Shown here: piece by piece, positions 1-9,772 of the stretch | Numbering within the stretch: position 1 is the first letter of the stretch | How the letters are laid out: each line of letters begins with the position of its first letter | Origin: an uncultured Acidobacteriota bacterium | Lineage (GTDB): Bacteria; Acidobacteriota; Vicinamibacteria; Fen-336 | Assembly: GCA_963823195.1 (NCBI GenBank) | Contig: CAWGKR010000011.1 | Span: 534,122-598,121 of the forward strand | DNA: 64,000 nucleotides | Direction of reading: 5' to 3' | Notes under the pieces: generated by a model | Database searches by the model: none | What the model saw: only the letters and a program-made list of their open reading frames with translations | What the model was told of the DNA's origin: nothing | Made by a program: the position numbers and the translations under genes

Positions 1-528
1 GATCTTCGGCTCGGGGGCCAGGTTCTTCGCGTCTCCGAGGGCGAAGAGCACGAGGAGCAGAAGGCCCGTTCCCACGATCTGGTCCACGAGGCCGCCGGGC
101 ACGTTGCTGAGGAAGGCCTGCGGGATAGGTGGCGAAGATGCCCGCGGTCGCCTGCGCGCCCGTGACCTGGCGCACGCCGCCGTCGAAGTGGTCGAAGGCC
201 TCGCGGTAGGTCGAGGAACGCGACCGCCGCGCCCGTGAAGGCGCCGGCCAGCTGCGCGAGCCAGAACGGCAGCGACCCTTCGCCACGGGAAGCCGCGGTG
301 GACGGCCAGGGCCAGGGTCACGGCCGGGTTCAGGTGAGCCCCCGAGACGCCGCCCGCGACGTAGACCCCCATCGTCACCGCGATCCCCCAGGCGATGTTG
401 ATGGAGATGTAGCCGCCGTTCGCTCCTCCGGAGAGCTGAACCTGGGCCACGACGGCCGAGCCGAAGGCGATGAGCACCGCCGTTCCGAGAAACTCGGCGG
501 CGGCTTCCCTCGCCAAGGTGCCTTTCAT
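1..528 (-). pseudogene. glpF: Aquaglyceroporin (MIP family, GlpF-like). The 3' end runs off the window and the frame is broken by at least two frameshifts (or assembly indels).
   Basis: Minus-strand translation from the ATG at 528 reads [29 protein letters not shown]...GVSGAHLNPAVTLA, which includes the first NPA box. Later conserved segments (FATYP, FLSNVPGGLVDQIVGTGLLLLVLFALGD) are only readable after changing frame. It sits divergently next to glpK. Confidence 0.7.
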
Positions 529-593
529 TCCGTCCTTCCTTTCGAGCTTGCTTCGGCTGGCGACATTCTGTAGAAACCCCGCGGAGGTTCCAA

Positions 594-2102
<1,509 letters not shown>

Positions 2103-2120
2103 ATCGCCGAGGCCCGCCGG

Positions 2121-3494
2121 TCAGCCGGCAAGAGCGGTGAGCAGCTCGCTCCACGCTCGCACGTAGACATCGACGTCCTCGTCGGTCGCGGGGACGGAGA
2201 CGACCGGCCCCGCGCCCACGATCGCCTCCCAGACGCCCCGGTTGGCGAGCCAGATCCGGATGAGGCGCCGGAGCATCTCGTCCTGGCACTCGCGTGCCTC
2301 GGCGGCGTTTCGCACGGGCTCCCGACGGAAGGTGTATCCCGACCGAGGCCCGAGGTGGTGGATGTGCCACGGCAAGCCGACCCGGTCCACCGCGGTCCGC
2401 ATCCCCTCGGCGAGGCGCGCGCCGAGGCGTTGGGTGTTGGCGTAGGCCTCGGGCGTCAGGATTTCGAGCATGGTCGCCCGCGCCGCGGCCATGGACAGAG
2501 CGTTGCCGAACAGGGTGCCCCCCGTGGCGATGAGATCGAACCGCTCGCCGTCGGGACCCTTCCTCTGTTCGAGGACGCCGGCGATGGCGTCGGTCATTCC
2601 CCAGGCCCCAAAGGGGACGCCCCCGGCGATGGACTTCCCCGAAGTGACGATGTCGGGGCCGAGGCCCCACATCCGGGTGAGGCCGCCGGGCCCGACGACC
2701 TGGGTATGGGTCTCGTCGATGGCCAGGAGCGTCCCACTCTCCCGCGTGAGCTGACGCAGCGTCTCGTGGAAGCCGTGCTCGGGAAGGATCAGGCCGAAGT
2801 TGTTGGTCAGGGCCGGCTCGGTGAGGACCAGCGCGACGTCGCGGCCTTGGAGCGCGGCACCCAGCGCACTCGGGTCGTTGAACGGAACGATCGCGGTCTG
2901 GGCGGTCACCCCCTGGGGAAGCCCTCGCTCCTCGGGAACCAGGCGCCCGGCCCCGTCGAGCTCCACGAGCGCCTGGTCGAAATGCCCGTGGTACTTGCCG
3001 TCGAACAACAAGACCTTGTCGCGGCCGGTCACGACCCTCGCCACGCGGATCGCCTCGGTGTTGGCCTGGGAAGCCGAGAGCGTGTACTGCCACTTCGGCA
3101 GGCCGTAGCGGCGTGCCAGCTCCTCCGAGACGACGATGGCGTCCTCGTTCGGCAGAAGGAACTGGTTGCCTCGGGCCATGCGGTCGGCGACCGCCCGAGC
3201 CAGCGGCTCCGGAGCGTACCCGCAGAACATCGACAGGTCGGCGATGTTGAAGTCGCTGTACGTGTGGCCGTCGACGTCGGTGAAACGCGCTCCTCGCCCG
3301 TCCGCCACCCAGAGGGGCGGATGGTGGTAGCTCCCCACCTGCCACGCCATGGGCACGCCGTTCGGCATCACGCGCCGGCCTCGTGCGTGAAGCTCGAGGG
3401 ATCGAGGATTGGCGTCGCGGAACCGGGCGTCCTCGCGGTTCTTCAGCTCGCGAACGAGCCGGTGGTCCACCGTGGGAGGAGCGGTTTGAGGCAT
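2121..3494 (-). CDS. Class-III (PLP-dependent) aminotransferase, glutamate-1-semialdehyde aminomutase-like
   Basis: Intact 457-aa ORF. Family-typical stretches are present: [84 protein letters not shown] (the lysine context expected for PLP). Confidence 0.8.
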   Translation of the reverse strand: MPQTAPPTVDHRLVRELKNREDARFRDANPRSLELHARGRRVMPNGVPMAWQVGSYHHPPLWVADGRGARFTDVDGHTYSDFNIADLSMFCGYAPEPLARAVADRMARGNQFLLPNEDAIVVSEELARRYGLPKWQYTLSASQANTEAIRVARVVTGRDKVLLFDGKYHGHFDQALVELDGAGRLVPEERGLPQGVTAQTAIVPFNDPSALGAALQGRDVALVLTEPALTNNFGLILPEHGFHETLRQLTRESGTLLAIDETHTQVVGPGGLTRMWGLGPDIVTSGKSIAGGVPFGAWGMTDAIAGVLEQRKGPDGERFDLIATGGTLFGNALSMAAARATMLEILTPEAYANTQRLGARLAEGMRTAVDRVGLPWHIHHLGPRSGYTFRREPVRNAAEARECQDEMLRRLIRIWLANRGVWEAIVGAGPVVSVPATDEDVDVYVRAWSELLTALAG

Positions 3495-3558
3495 TGGTAG
3501 ATCCTTCTATCCTTTCCCTTGCGGGTTGCAAAGGCGTGGGACAGCAAGACCCCCGTTC

Positions 3559-3591
3559 AAACCGTGCGTGCGGATTTCCCGCACACGGCTT
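3559..3591 (-). ncRNA. Group II intron domain V (catalytic hairpin)
   Basis: The minus strand reads AAGCCGTGTGCGGGAAATCCGCACGCACGGTTT. It has the AGC catalytic triad at the 5' base, an 8-bp lower stem, a 2-nt AC bulge, a 4-bp upper stem and a GAAA-type loop. It closely matches the domain V consensus GAGCCGUAUGCGAUGAAAGUCGCACGUACGGUUC. Confidence 0.75.
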
Positions 3592-3616
3592 TCCGGTGGC
3601 CTCTCGGGCCGGAGCA

Positions 3617-5065
3617 TTAGGCGGTCTCCTGTTGCCAGAAGGGCTGCTCCGGGTAACGGACGGTTCCGCGCAGGCGGTGAAGGCCGAGGTTATGGAAGTA
3701 GTCCCGGGTCCAGCGGTCGATTTCTCCGGCGCGCAGGTGCCGACCCTGGCGCTTGATGCGCAGGGCGCGGAGCCTCCGCCACACGTAGGTGTCGAGCTGG
3801 ATGAAACGGCGCGCGGCGTTCCCGGTGCGGAAGTAGTTGCCCCAGCCCCGCAGCACGGGGTTTAGATCGGCGACGACATCGCGGACGTCCGCGTGGCACC
3901 TCGATCTCGGAGTGAGCTCCTTCACGCGTTGCCGTACGCGCTGCATCGAGCGCTGCGACGGCCAGCGCTGCAGAAAATAGAGACGCTTGCGCGTCTGCTC
4001 CCACAGCTTGCCGCTCAGACGCTTGTGCAGGTGGCAGCCGAGGAAGTCGAAGCCCTCCTTGCCATCGAAAAGCTCGACCCGCCTCGTCTTGTCCGGGTGA
4101 AGCTCGAGACCGAGACGCCCCAGGATGACCCTGATGCGCTCCTCGGCCCGCTCGCACTCCCTCGCGGTGCCGCACATCACCACGAAGTCGTCCGCGTAGC
4201 GCACCAGCGTCCCGAGGGGAGCACTGTGGCGCGTCCACAAAACGTCGAGCACGTGCAGGTAGATGTTCGAGAGCAAGGGTGAGATCACCCCACCCTGCGG
4301 CGTGCCCGCCACCGTCGCACTGACGGTGCCCTCTTCCATCACTCCTGCCTCGAGCCACCGCCGCAGCAGCTTCAAGACCCGCCGGTCCGAGACGCGTCGT
4401 GCCACGAGCTTCAGCAGCTTCTCGTGGTCGATGCTTCCAAAGTAGTCACGTATGTCGGCGTCGAGCACGTGATGACCACCCTTGGCACCGAGCTTCCTCA
4501 GCGCCTCCAGCGCCATCAGCGCGCTCCGCTTCGGACGGAAGCCGTACGAGACAGGCAGAAAATCCGCCTCGAAGATCGGCTCCAGCACGAGCTTTGCCGC
4601 CATCTGTGCCACCCGGTCCCGTACCGTCGGAATCCCCAGCGGCCTCTTCTTCCCATCGGCCTTCGGTATGTACCGGCGTCGGACCACGCTCGGCCGGTAT
4701 TCGCCTGTTCGCAGCTCGGTGGCGAGTCCTTCCAGGAAGCTCTCCACTCCGCTCTGCTCGACGTCACGGATCGACTGGCCGTCGATTCCCGCGGCGCCGC
4801 GGTTCCGACTCACTCGTTCCCACGCTTCCCGGAGGACGTCACCCCTCCAGACCTGGTCGTAAAGCGCGTGAAAACGGCGTCCCGGAGCCCGCTTGGCCCC
4901 GGCCCACAGCCGACGTTGCAGTTCTCGCACTTTCTCGCGCGGCTCTACGCCGCCGGGGTCGTTAGGTCCGGTCTCGCCGGCCATTCCCTCGCGCTTACCT
5001 GCTCCGTCGACACGACCACCCCAGGGGTCCTTCCCTAAAGCCGCGTTGTTCTTCGCGGCCATCAT
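3617..5065 (-). CDS. Group II intron-encoded reverse transcriptase/maturase, with no endonuclease domain visible
   Basis: This is the C-terminal part of ORF 3617..5548. Motifs: NRGAAGIDGQSI, RRRYIPKADGKKRPLGIPTVRDRVAQ, GFRPKRSA, DADIRDYFGSIDH, GTPQGGVISPLLSNIYL, YADDFVV (the RT active site), and maturase domain X LRGWGNYFR. The start at M162 (5065) is chosen because upstream residues are Arg/Ala/Gly-rich and overlap intron domains I-III. M189 (4984) is an alternative start. Confidence 0.9.
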   Translation of the reverse strand: MMAAKNNAALGKDPWGGRVDGAGKREGMAGETGPNDPGGVEPREKVRELQRRLWAGAKRAPGRRFHALYDQVWRGDVLREAWERVSRNRGAAGIDGQSIRDVEQSGVESFLEGLATELRTGEYRPSVVRRRYIPKADGKKRPLGIPTVRDRVAQMAAKLVLEPIFEADFLPVSYGFRPKRSALMALEALRKLGAKGGHHVLDADIRDYFGSIDHEKLLKLVARRVSDRRVLKLLRRWLEAGVMEEGTVSATVAGTPQGGVISPLLSNIYLHVLDVLWTRHSAPLGTLVRYADDFVVMCGTARECERAEERIRVILGRLGLELHPDKTRRVELFDGKEGFDFLGCHLHKRLSGKLWEQTRKRLYFLQRWPSQRSMQRVRQRVKELTPRSRCHADVRDVVADLNPVLRGWGNYFRTGNAARRFIQLDTYVWRRLRALRIKRQGRHLRAGEIDRWTRDYFHNLGLHRLRGTVRYPEQPFWQQETA

Positions 5066-5701
5066 CGGTACTACGACCCCCTCGGACTCCCGCTGCGCGA
5101 CGCTCGATTTCGCCTTCGGCTTATGCGAGGCGCCTTGCCTTGACTCAGGCTGCGCAGACGGGCCTCTCGTGTTCCGCTCCACTCCTTGCACACGTGCTGC
5201 GCCCCCTACCCCGCCAAGGCCAACGGCCCGCTTCGGATCTCGGACCGCCGGTGTTGCCTTCGCCGTGACATGAGCGGCTCGGCCCCCGGTTTGTTCATCT
5301 GTCGAGGCTGCAGGCTTCACTTCATGTTGCGGCCCGCGTGCTTGCTCCCCGCTGCGCGGCTTCCGCCGCCTCGCGGGCTCTTGACGCCCCGCTCGGACGG
5401 CAGGGTCTCCACCCACCGCCTGGGGCCTGCTACCCGGCGCTCCGACGCCTACCGGGACCGGTCTTGCACCGGCTGGAGTGGCGCAGCGAGCAGCAGTCGC
5501 ACCGGTCTTTGACGTACCCGATGCCCCTGCCGCGTCACGACGCACCATGGGCGCGAGTCTACCCCCATCGCCGTCGTCACGCGGCGGGCGGCCCAGTCTC
5601 CGAAAGCGTGAGGGTCGTCACACGCGCGGCCCCTCCATGCAACCCCGGGAGCCGTCGTCGGTCCAATCTCCTTGTACGGCCTTTTCTGGAGGAGGTTGGA
5701 G

Positions 5702-6010
5702 ATGAAGAAGTTCCTGGGAGCGGTGGCCCTCGGCGTCCTGGCGCTGACCCTCGCGTCCTCGCCGGCTCAAGCCGGTGCGCGTGTGTACGTCCGCGTCGGT
5801 CCCCCGGCTCCCCTCGCAGAAGTGCGCGTCGTGGCGCCATCACCGCACCATGTCTGGGTCGCCGGCTACCATCGCTGGGACGGCGCCGCCTACGCCTGGG
5901 TCCCGGGACGGTGGGATCTGCCGCCCGCCCATCGCACCGCGTGGGTGGCCGGACACTGGTCCCACCACGCGAGCAACGGCTGGTACTGGGTCGACGGTCA
6001 CTGGCGTTAG
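5702..6010 (+). CDS. Small secreted protein with W-x-x-G-x-W repeats
   Basis: M11 of ORF 5672..6010 is preceded by GGAGGAGG. The signal peptide is MKKFLGAVALGVLALTLASSPAQA. Repeats follow: WVAGYHRW, WVPGRW, WVAGHW, WVDGHW. Confidence 0.55.
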   Translation: MKKFLGAVALGVLALTLASSPAQAGARVYVRVGPPAPLAEVRVVAPSPHHVWVAGYHRWDGAAYAWVPGRWDLPPAHRTAWVAGHWSHHASNGWYWVDGHWR

Positions 6011-6104
6011 GGCACCATCACCCGAACCCGACGGGCTCATCCGCGCCTCGCCGCGGCGTGTTAGTGTTGCCGCCGATGCGGCCATTTCGGCCTCGGAGGT
6101 GACC

Positions 6105-7040
6105 ATGCCGGCGAGCCCGTTCACGAGACGCTCCTTCCTGACGACGGCGGCCACGGGAACGCTGGCCGCGGTGGCTCCACCATGGCTGCGCGATGCGGCG
6201 GCCAACCCCGCGACCGCGGCGATCCTCGATCACCTCGGCGTGGCCCTCTACACCGTACGGGACCAGATGAAATCGGACGCCGCCGGAACGCTCAAGGCGA
6301 TCGCCGATCTCGGATACCGATATGCGGAGGACTGGCTCTTCCCCTCCCGCGGCCCGGCGGCGAAGGCCGCCGGCCTCAAACAGGTGAGCGCCTACGCCCC
6401 GACGTATCTCGTCACGGGGAACCGCGCCGCATGGGCGTCGTCGGGGCAGGACCTGCTCCCCGAGAGCTACGACTGGAGCAAGGCGATCGACGACGCGAAG
6501 ACCCAGGGGCTCGAGTACCTCGTGGTCGTCTACCTCCAGAAGGCGGAGCGCGGCGGCGTGGACGTCTACCGCGACCTGGCGCGCCGCCTGGCCAAGGCGG
6601 GCGAGGCCACCCGCAAGGCCGGCATCGGCCTGGCGTACCACGCCCACGCGTTCGAGTACGAGGCCATCGGCGGTGTGCGCCCCATCGACGTCCTCCTGAA
6701 GGAGACGCCGAAGGATCTCCTGGGCCTCGAGCTCGATGCCTTCTGGGCCAGCATCGCGGGCGTGGATCCCACCAAGATGGTCGAGACGCATTCGGGACGC
6801 GTCCCACTCGTCCACCTGAAGGACCTGGCCAAGGGAACCCCCGTCCAGTACGACGAGACCAAGGTGCCCCACGAGGCGTTCAAGGAGATCGGGAACGGGA
6901 GCGTCGACTGGGCGCGCTTCCTTCCCGCGGCCAAGAAAGCGGGCGTCAAGTACTTCTACGTGGAGCAGGACTACTGCATCGGGAGCCCGCTCGACAGCCT
7001 CCGTCAAAGCCGCGAGGCGCTCAGCCGCCTCGCGTCCTAG
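6105..7040 (+). CDS. Sugar-phosphate isomerase/epimerase (xylose-isomerase-like TIM barrel) with a Tat signal
   Basis: M111 of ORF 5775..7040. The twin-arginine motif is MPASPFTRRSFLTTAATGTLAAVA. The body (LGYRYAE, LEYLVV, GIGLAYHAHAFEYE, VHLKD, YFYVEQD) fits the AP-endonuclease-2/xylose-isomerase-like fold family. Confidence 0.72.
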   Translation: MPASPFTRRSFLTTAATGTLAAVAPPWLRDAAANPATAAILDHLGVALYTVRDQMKSDAAGTLKAIADLGYRYAEDWLFPSRGPAAKAAGLKQVSAYAPTYLVTGNRAAWASSGQDLLPESYDWSKAIDDAKTQGLEYLVVVYLQKAERGGVDVYRDLARRLAKAGEATRKAGIGLAYHAHAFEYEAIGGVRPIDVLLKETPKDLLGLELDAFWASIAGVDPTKMVETHSGRVPLVHLKDLAKGTPVQYDETKVPHEAFKEIGNGSVDWARFLPAAKKAGVKYFYVEQDYCIGSPLDSLRQSREALSRLAS

Positions 7041-7119
7041 CGGCGGGTCCAACGGCATCCCCGTAGCTCGCCGCCGGAGGCGCGCGACGCCACACGCCCC
7101 CGGCGAATTCGTCCGAGGG

Positions 7120-7695
7120 CTACTTCACCGGCGCCATCAGGTGCTGGTACGGCGTGCCCGCCCACATCACGTACGGCAGCGACGTGTCGGGATCCGGGCT
7201 CTTGGGGTATGCATCGTAGAAGCTCGCGTCGGCTCCGAGGATCATGATGTGCGGGCCCGTCTTGATCCAGTGATTCGTCGCGTCGGGCTTGGTCGCGTAG
7301 GGATCGGTATTGCTCGCGTCCGTCCCTCCGGCGAGCATGTACATGAAGCCGACCTTCCCCGCCGGTGGCGGCTGCTTGGCCATGTAGGCGTGGAACCACT
7401 CCATCGAGGCCTTGTCGGCGCACATGGGGTCGGGGCCCGGCGTGTCCGGGTTGTCCGCCATGCACGTGAACGCGTTCGTCCCCTTGCGCAGCGTCCGCAT
7501 CGTACCCTTGGCGTCCATCGCGATGACGGTGGCGCCGGCGGCAATCTTGGCGGGAGCGGCCGTCATCGCGCTGGCGATCAACTCCGCGTCGGTAGGCGCC
7601 TTCGCCTGCTTCGTCTCTTCGGCACGCGACGTACCCGTCGACATCATTCCCAGACCTGCCATCAGCACGCTCGTCGCGAGATATCCTGCCTTCAT
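7120..7695 (-). CDS. Secreted hypothetical protein
   Basis: M54 of ORF 7120..7854. N-terminal signal-like segment MKAGYLATSVLMAGLGMMSTGTSRA. The composition is balanced, unlike the surrounding shadow ORFs. I recognise no family. Confidence 0.45.
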   Translation of the reverse strand: MKAGYLATSVLMAGLGMMSTGTSRAEETKQAKAPTDAELIASAMTAAPAKIAAGATVIAMDAKGTMRTLRKGTNAFTCMADNPDTPGPDPMCADKASMEWFHAYMAKQPPPAGKVGFMYMLAGGTDASNTDPYATKPDATNHWIKTGPHIMILGADASFYDAYPKSPDPDTSLPYVMWAGTPYQHLMAPVK

Positions 7696-7892
7696 TGAAA
7701 AGACCTCCTCAACGTGTTTGGCAAATGGAAACGGCAGGCGAATAGTGTGCGCCCCGAGGGGTGGCTCGCACAAGCAAGGGGCTCGCGAGGAGCGCGCCGC
7801 AAATGCGCGGCCTGCCGGTCCGTCAACACCTCCTGGGATCGGCAGGTCGCACACACGACCCGTCCTTGTGAACTTCTCTCAGCGCGGTCCCG

Positions 7893-8318
7893 TCACGGGA
7901 GTGGGTTCGTCTCCTGGACCGACTCCAGGTACTTCGTGAGCCAGCTCGCCTTCAGGATCGCCGCACTGTCGCCCGTCGGATACTCGTGGCTCAGGTGGCC
8001 GATCCAGACGGGCATCGTCCGATCACGGTTCTGACCGGTGGTGAAACCGGTGATGTGGGACCACACGTGCGCCGAATTGAAGGATCCGTCGCGCGCGGCG
8101 ATCAGGGTGAGGTCCGGCGCCTTCCTGGTGCCGTTGATCCCAAGTCCCCTGCTGCTCACGGGGTTCCCGTATTCGTCGACCCCCAGGGCCCCGTGACATC
8201 CGGTGCAGTGGCGGTTGTAGAGGGCACGCCCCTCGGAGATGCTCCTCGCGTCTTCGGCCCATGCCGCCGAGGCGAGGAGGAGGACCACGCTTGCAAGAAA
8301 CAACACTGCCTTCTTCAT
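7893..8318 (-). CDS. Secreted c-type cytochrome (single haem)
   Basis: M11 of ORF 7893..8348. Signal peptide MKKAVLFLASVVLLLASAAWA, followed by the haem-binding motif CTGCHG. Confidence 0.75.
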   Translation of the reverse strand: MKKAVLFLASVVLLLASAAWAEDARSISEGRALYNRHCTGCHGALGVDEYGNPVSSRGLGINGTRKAPDLTLIAARDGSFNSAHVWSHITGFTTGQNRDRTMPVWIGHLSHEYPTGDSAAILKASWLTKYLESVQETNPLP

Positions 8319-8411
8319 GGGACCTCCCTTCTCCACTGACGCGCCCACGCGGCGCGAGTGTCAATGAGTCAAAGGGACCAGGCAGTCTCCCTCGAAGGGA
8401 GGGCGAATGGC

Positions 8412-9074
8412 CTACGAATCCCCCGTTTCGGTCGCGGCTGCGCGTGAGCTGGCCCTGAAGACCAGGCGCACCGAGCCGACGCGTATGTCGTCGCCATCCT
8501 GGATCGGCTCCTCTCCATGGATGCGTCGGCCGCGGAGGAACGTGCCGTTCTTGCTGCCCAGGTCTTCGATCGATATCGCTGCCGGACCGACCCGAACGCG
8601 CACGTGTCTCCGCGAGACCCGTGGCCGATCCAGCACTACGTCGGCTTCGGAGCCGCGGCCGATCACGTGCTCTCCCTCGGTCAACGGGAACTCTTGGTCC
8701 TCCGTCAACAGCCGGCACGCGGCCTCCCCGGACGGCGCGGTGCCGCCGTCGGCCCCGTCCGCCGCGAACGCATAGCCGTACTTCCGCACCGTTCGAAGAT
8801 GGCGCGGGTGCCGTGCGTCGTCACCAATCGCCGTCCGCACGTCGAAGGCCAGCGTCGTCAGGGTGACGTCGGAGACGAACGTCTTCGGCCATAGGCAGTC
8901 GCGTATCTCGGCCTTCGAGACCGCCTTCGGCCGTTTGCGCAACAGCAGCTCCAGGAGCTCGTAGGCCTTGGGCGTCAGGTCTAAGCGAGTCCCCGCCCGA
9001 AGCAGCTCGCGGGTGTCCGTGTCGAGGACGCAGTCGCCGAAAAGCACCTTCACGGGATGCCAACCGAAAAGCAA
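8412..9074 (-). CDS. Transcriptional regulator with an N-terminal OmpR/PhoB-type winged helix and a C-terminal FHA domain (a mini EmbR-like architecture)
   Basis: The N-terminus (LDLTPKAYELLELLLRKRPKAVSKAEIRDCLWP ... RTVRKYGYAF) matches the trans_reg_C pattern. The C-terminus (HVIGRGSEADVVLDRPRVSRRHVRVRV...IEDLGSKNGTFLRGRRI...DGDDIRVGSVRLVF) matches the FHA pattern. Confidence 0.8.
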   Translation of the reverse strand: MLFGWHPVKVLFGDCVLDTDTRELLRAGTRLDLTPKAYELLELLLRKRPKAVSKAEIRDCLWPKTFVSDVTLTTLAFDVRTAIGDDARHPRHLRTVRKYGYAFAADGADGGTAPSGEAACRLLTEDQEFPLTEGEHVIGRGSEADVVLDRPRVSRRHVRVRVGPAAISIEDLGSKNGTFLRGRRIHGEEPIQDGDDIRVGSVRLVFRASSRAAATETGDS

Positions 9075-9148
9075 CGGAGATCCAACCCTGCCCCAACCCC
9101 CGGGGGCCGCCGGCTGCCGAGCTTCTCCCCCAAGCGCGGGAGGAGACG

Positions 9149-9772
9149 ATGCGGGAGATCGCGATGGTCGTCACGCTGGCCTTGGGCATGGCCACACCGA
9201 CGTTCGCTGGGGACGGCTCCAACGTGCGCTTGCGCAGCAGGGCGATGCGTGAGCGTGCCGCACGATCGCTCGAGGGTGCCGCCGAGCGCATCGAGCGGCC
9301 CGCCTGCGCCGCCGTTCTCGACGAGTTCGGGGATGCCTCCGGCCGGAGGCTGCGCATCAGCCTCGAGACCGCAGGCGTTTCTCCCGGCGATTATCTCGGC
9401 CGCATCTTCTTCTACGACGGCCTCGATCGAGGCCACTGCCGCACTCCGGGCGTCCTGGCCGTCACCGAGCCCGGCAGCCGCGTTGTCCGCCTGTGCTCTC
9501 GGTTCTTCGAGCAGGCCGGCCACGACCCAGCGCTCGCCGAAGCCACGATCATTCACGAGGCGCTCCATACCCTGGGCTTGGGCGAGAATCCACCCTCGAG
9601 CCAGGAGATCACGGCGCGGGTGATCAAGGGCTGCCATAGGACATTGGTCATGCAGGCCCTCGGCGAGGTAGAGGTTGTGGAGCAAGGAGCGGTAGAGTAC
9701 GCGTACGCCGTCCGTCCGGCGTTGGAACAACCCACGCCACGTCTGTCACTCCGGTGGGATCAACGGGCATGA
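9149..9772 (+). CDS. Hypothetical secreted protein with an HExxH motif. The true 3' end is probably near 9640.
   Basis: Signal-like MVVTLALGMATPTFAG, then ATIIHEALHTLGLGENPP (HEALH). The last ~40 codons are antisense to the C-terminal motif of the kinase pseudogene, so they are likely a read-through artefact. Confidence 0.4.
   Translation: MREIAMVVTLALGMATPTFAGDGSNVRLRSRAMRERAARSLEGAAERIERPACAAVLDEFGDASGRRLRISLETAGVSPGDYLGRIFFYDGLDRGHCRTPGVLAVTEPGSRVVRLCSRFFEQAGHDPALAEATIIHEALHTLGLGENPPSSQEITARVIKGCHRTLVMQALGEVEVVEQGAVEYAYAVRPALEQPTPRLSLRWDQRA

Larger units (their letters stand above)
3526..5545 (-). mobile_element. Full-length bacterial group II intron (~2 kb) in the intergenic region upstream of the aminotransferase gene. 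Both ends are approximate.
   Basis: GTGCG sits at 5545-5541 on the minus strand (5' consensus GUGYG). About 480 nt of structured, non-coding-looking RNA follows, then the RT/maturase ORF. Domain V lies at 3591-3559, followed by a short hairpin with a bulged A near 3537 (domain VI-like). The 3' end could fall anywhere between about 3525 and 3536. Confidence 0.8.

Noticed and set aside
5066-5548. The N-terminal 161 codons of the 643-aa RT ORF
   Set aside because: This stretch begins with ATG directly followed by the intron 5' GTGCG. It has a junk-like composition (ARRRKPRSGEQARGP...). It occupies the position where intron RNA domains I-III must lie. I treat it as non-coding intron RNA and start the RT at an internal Met.
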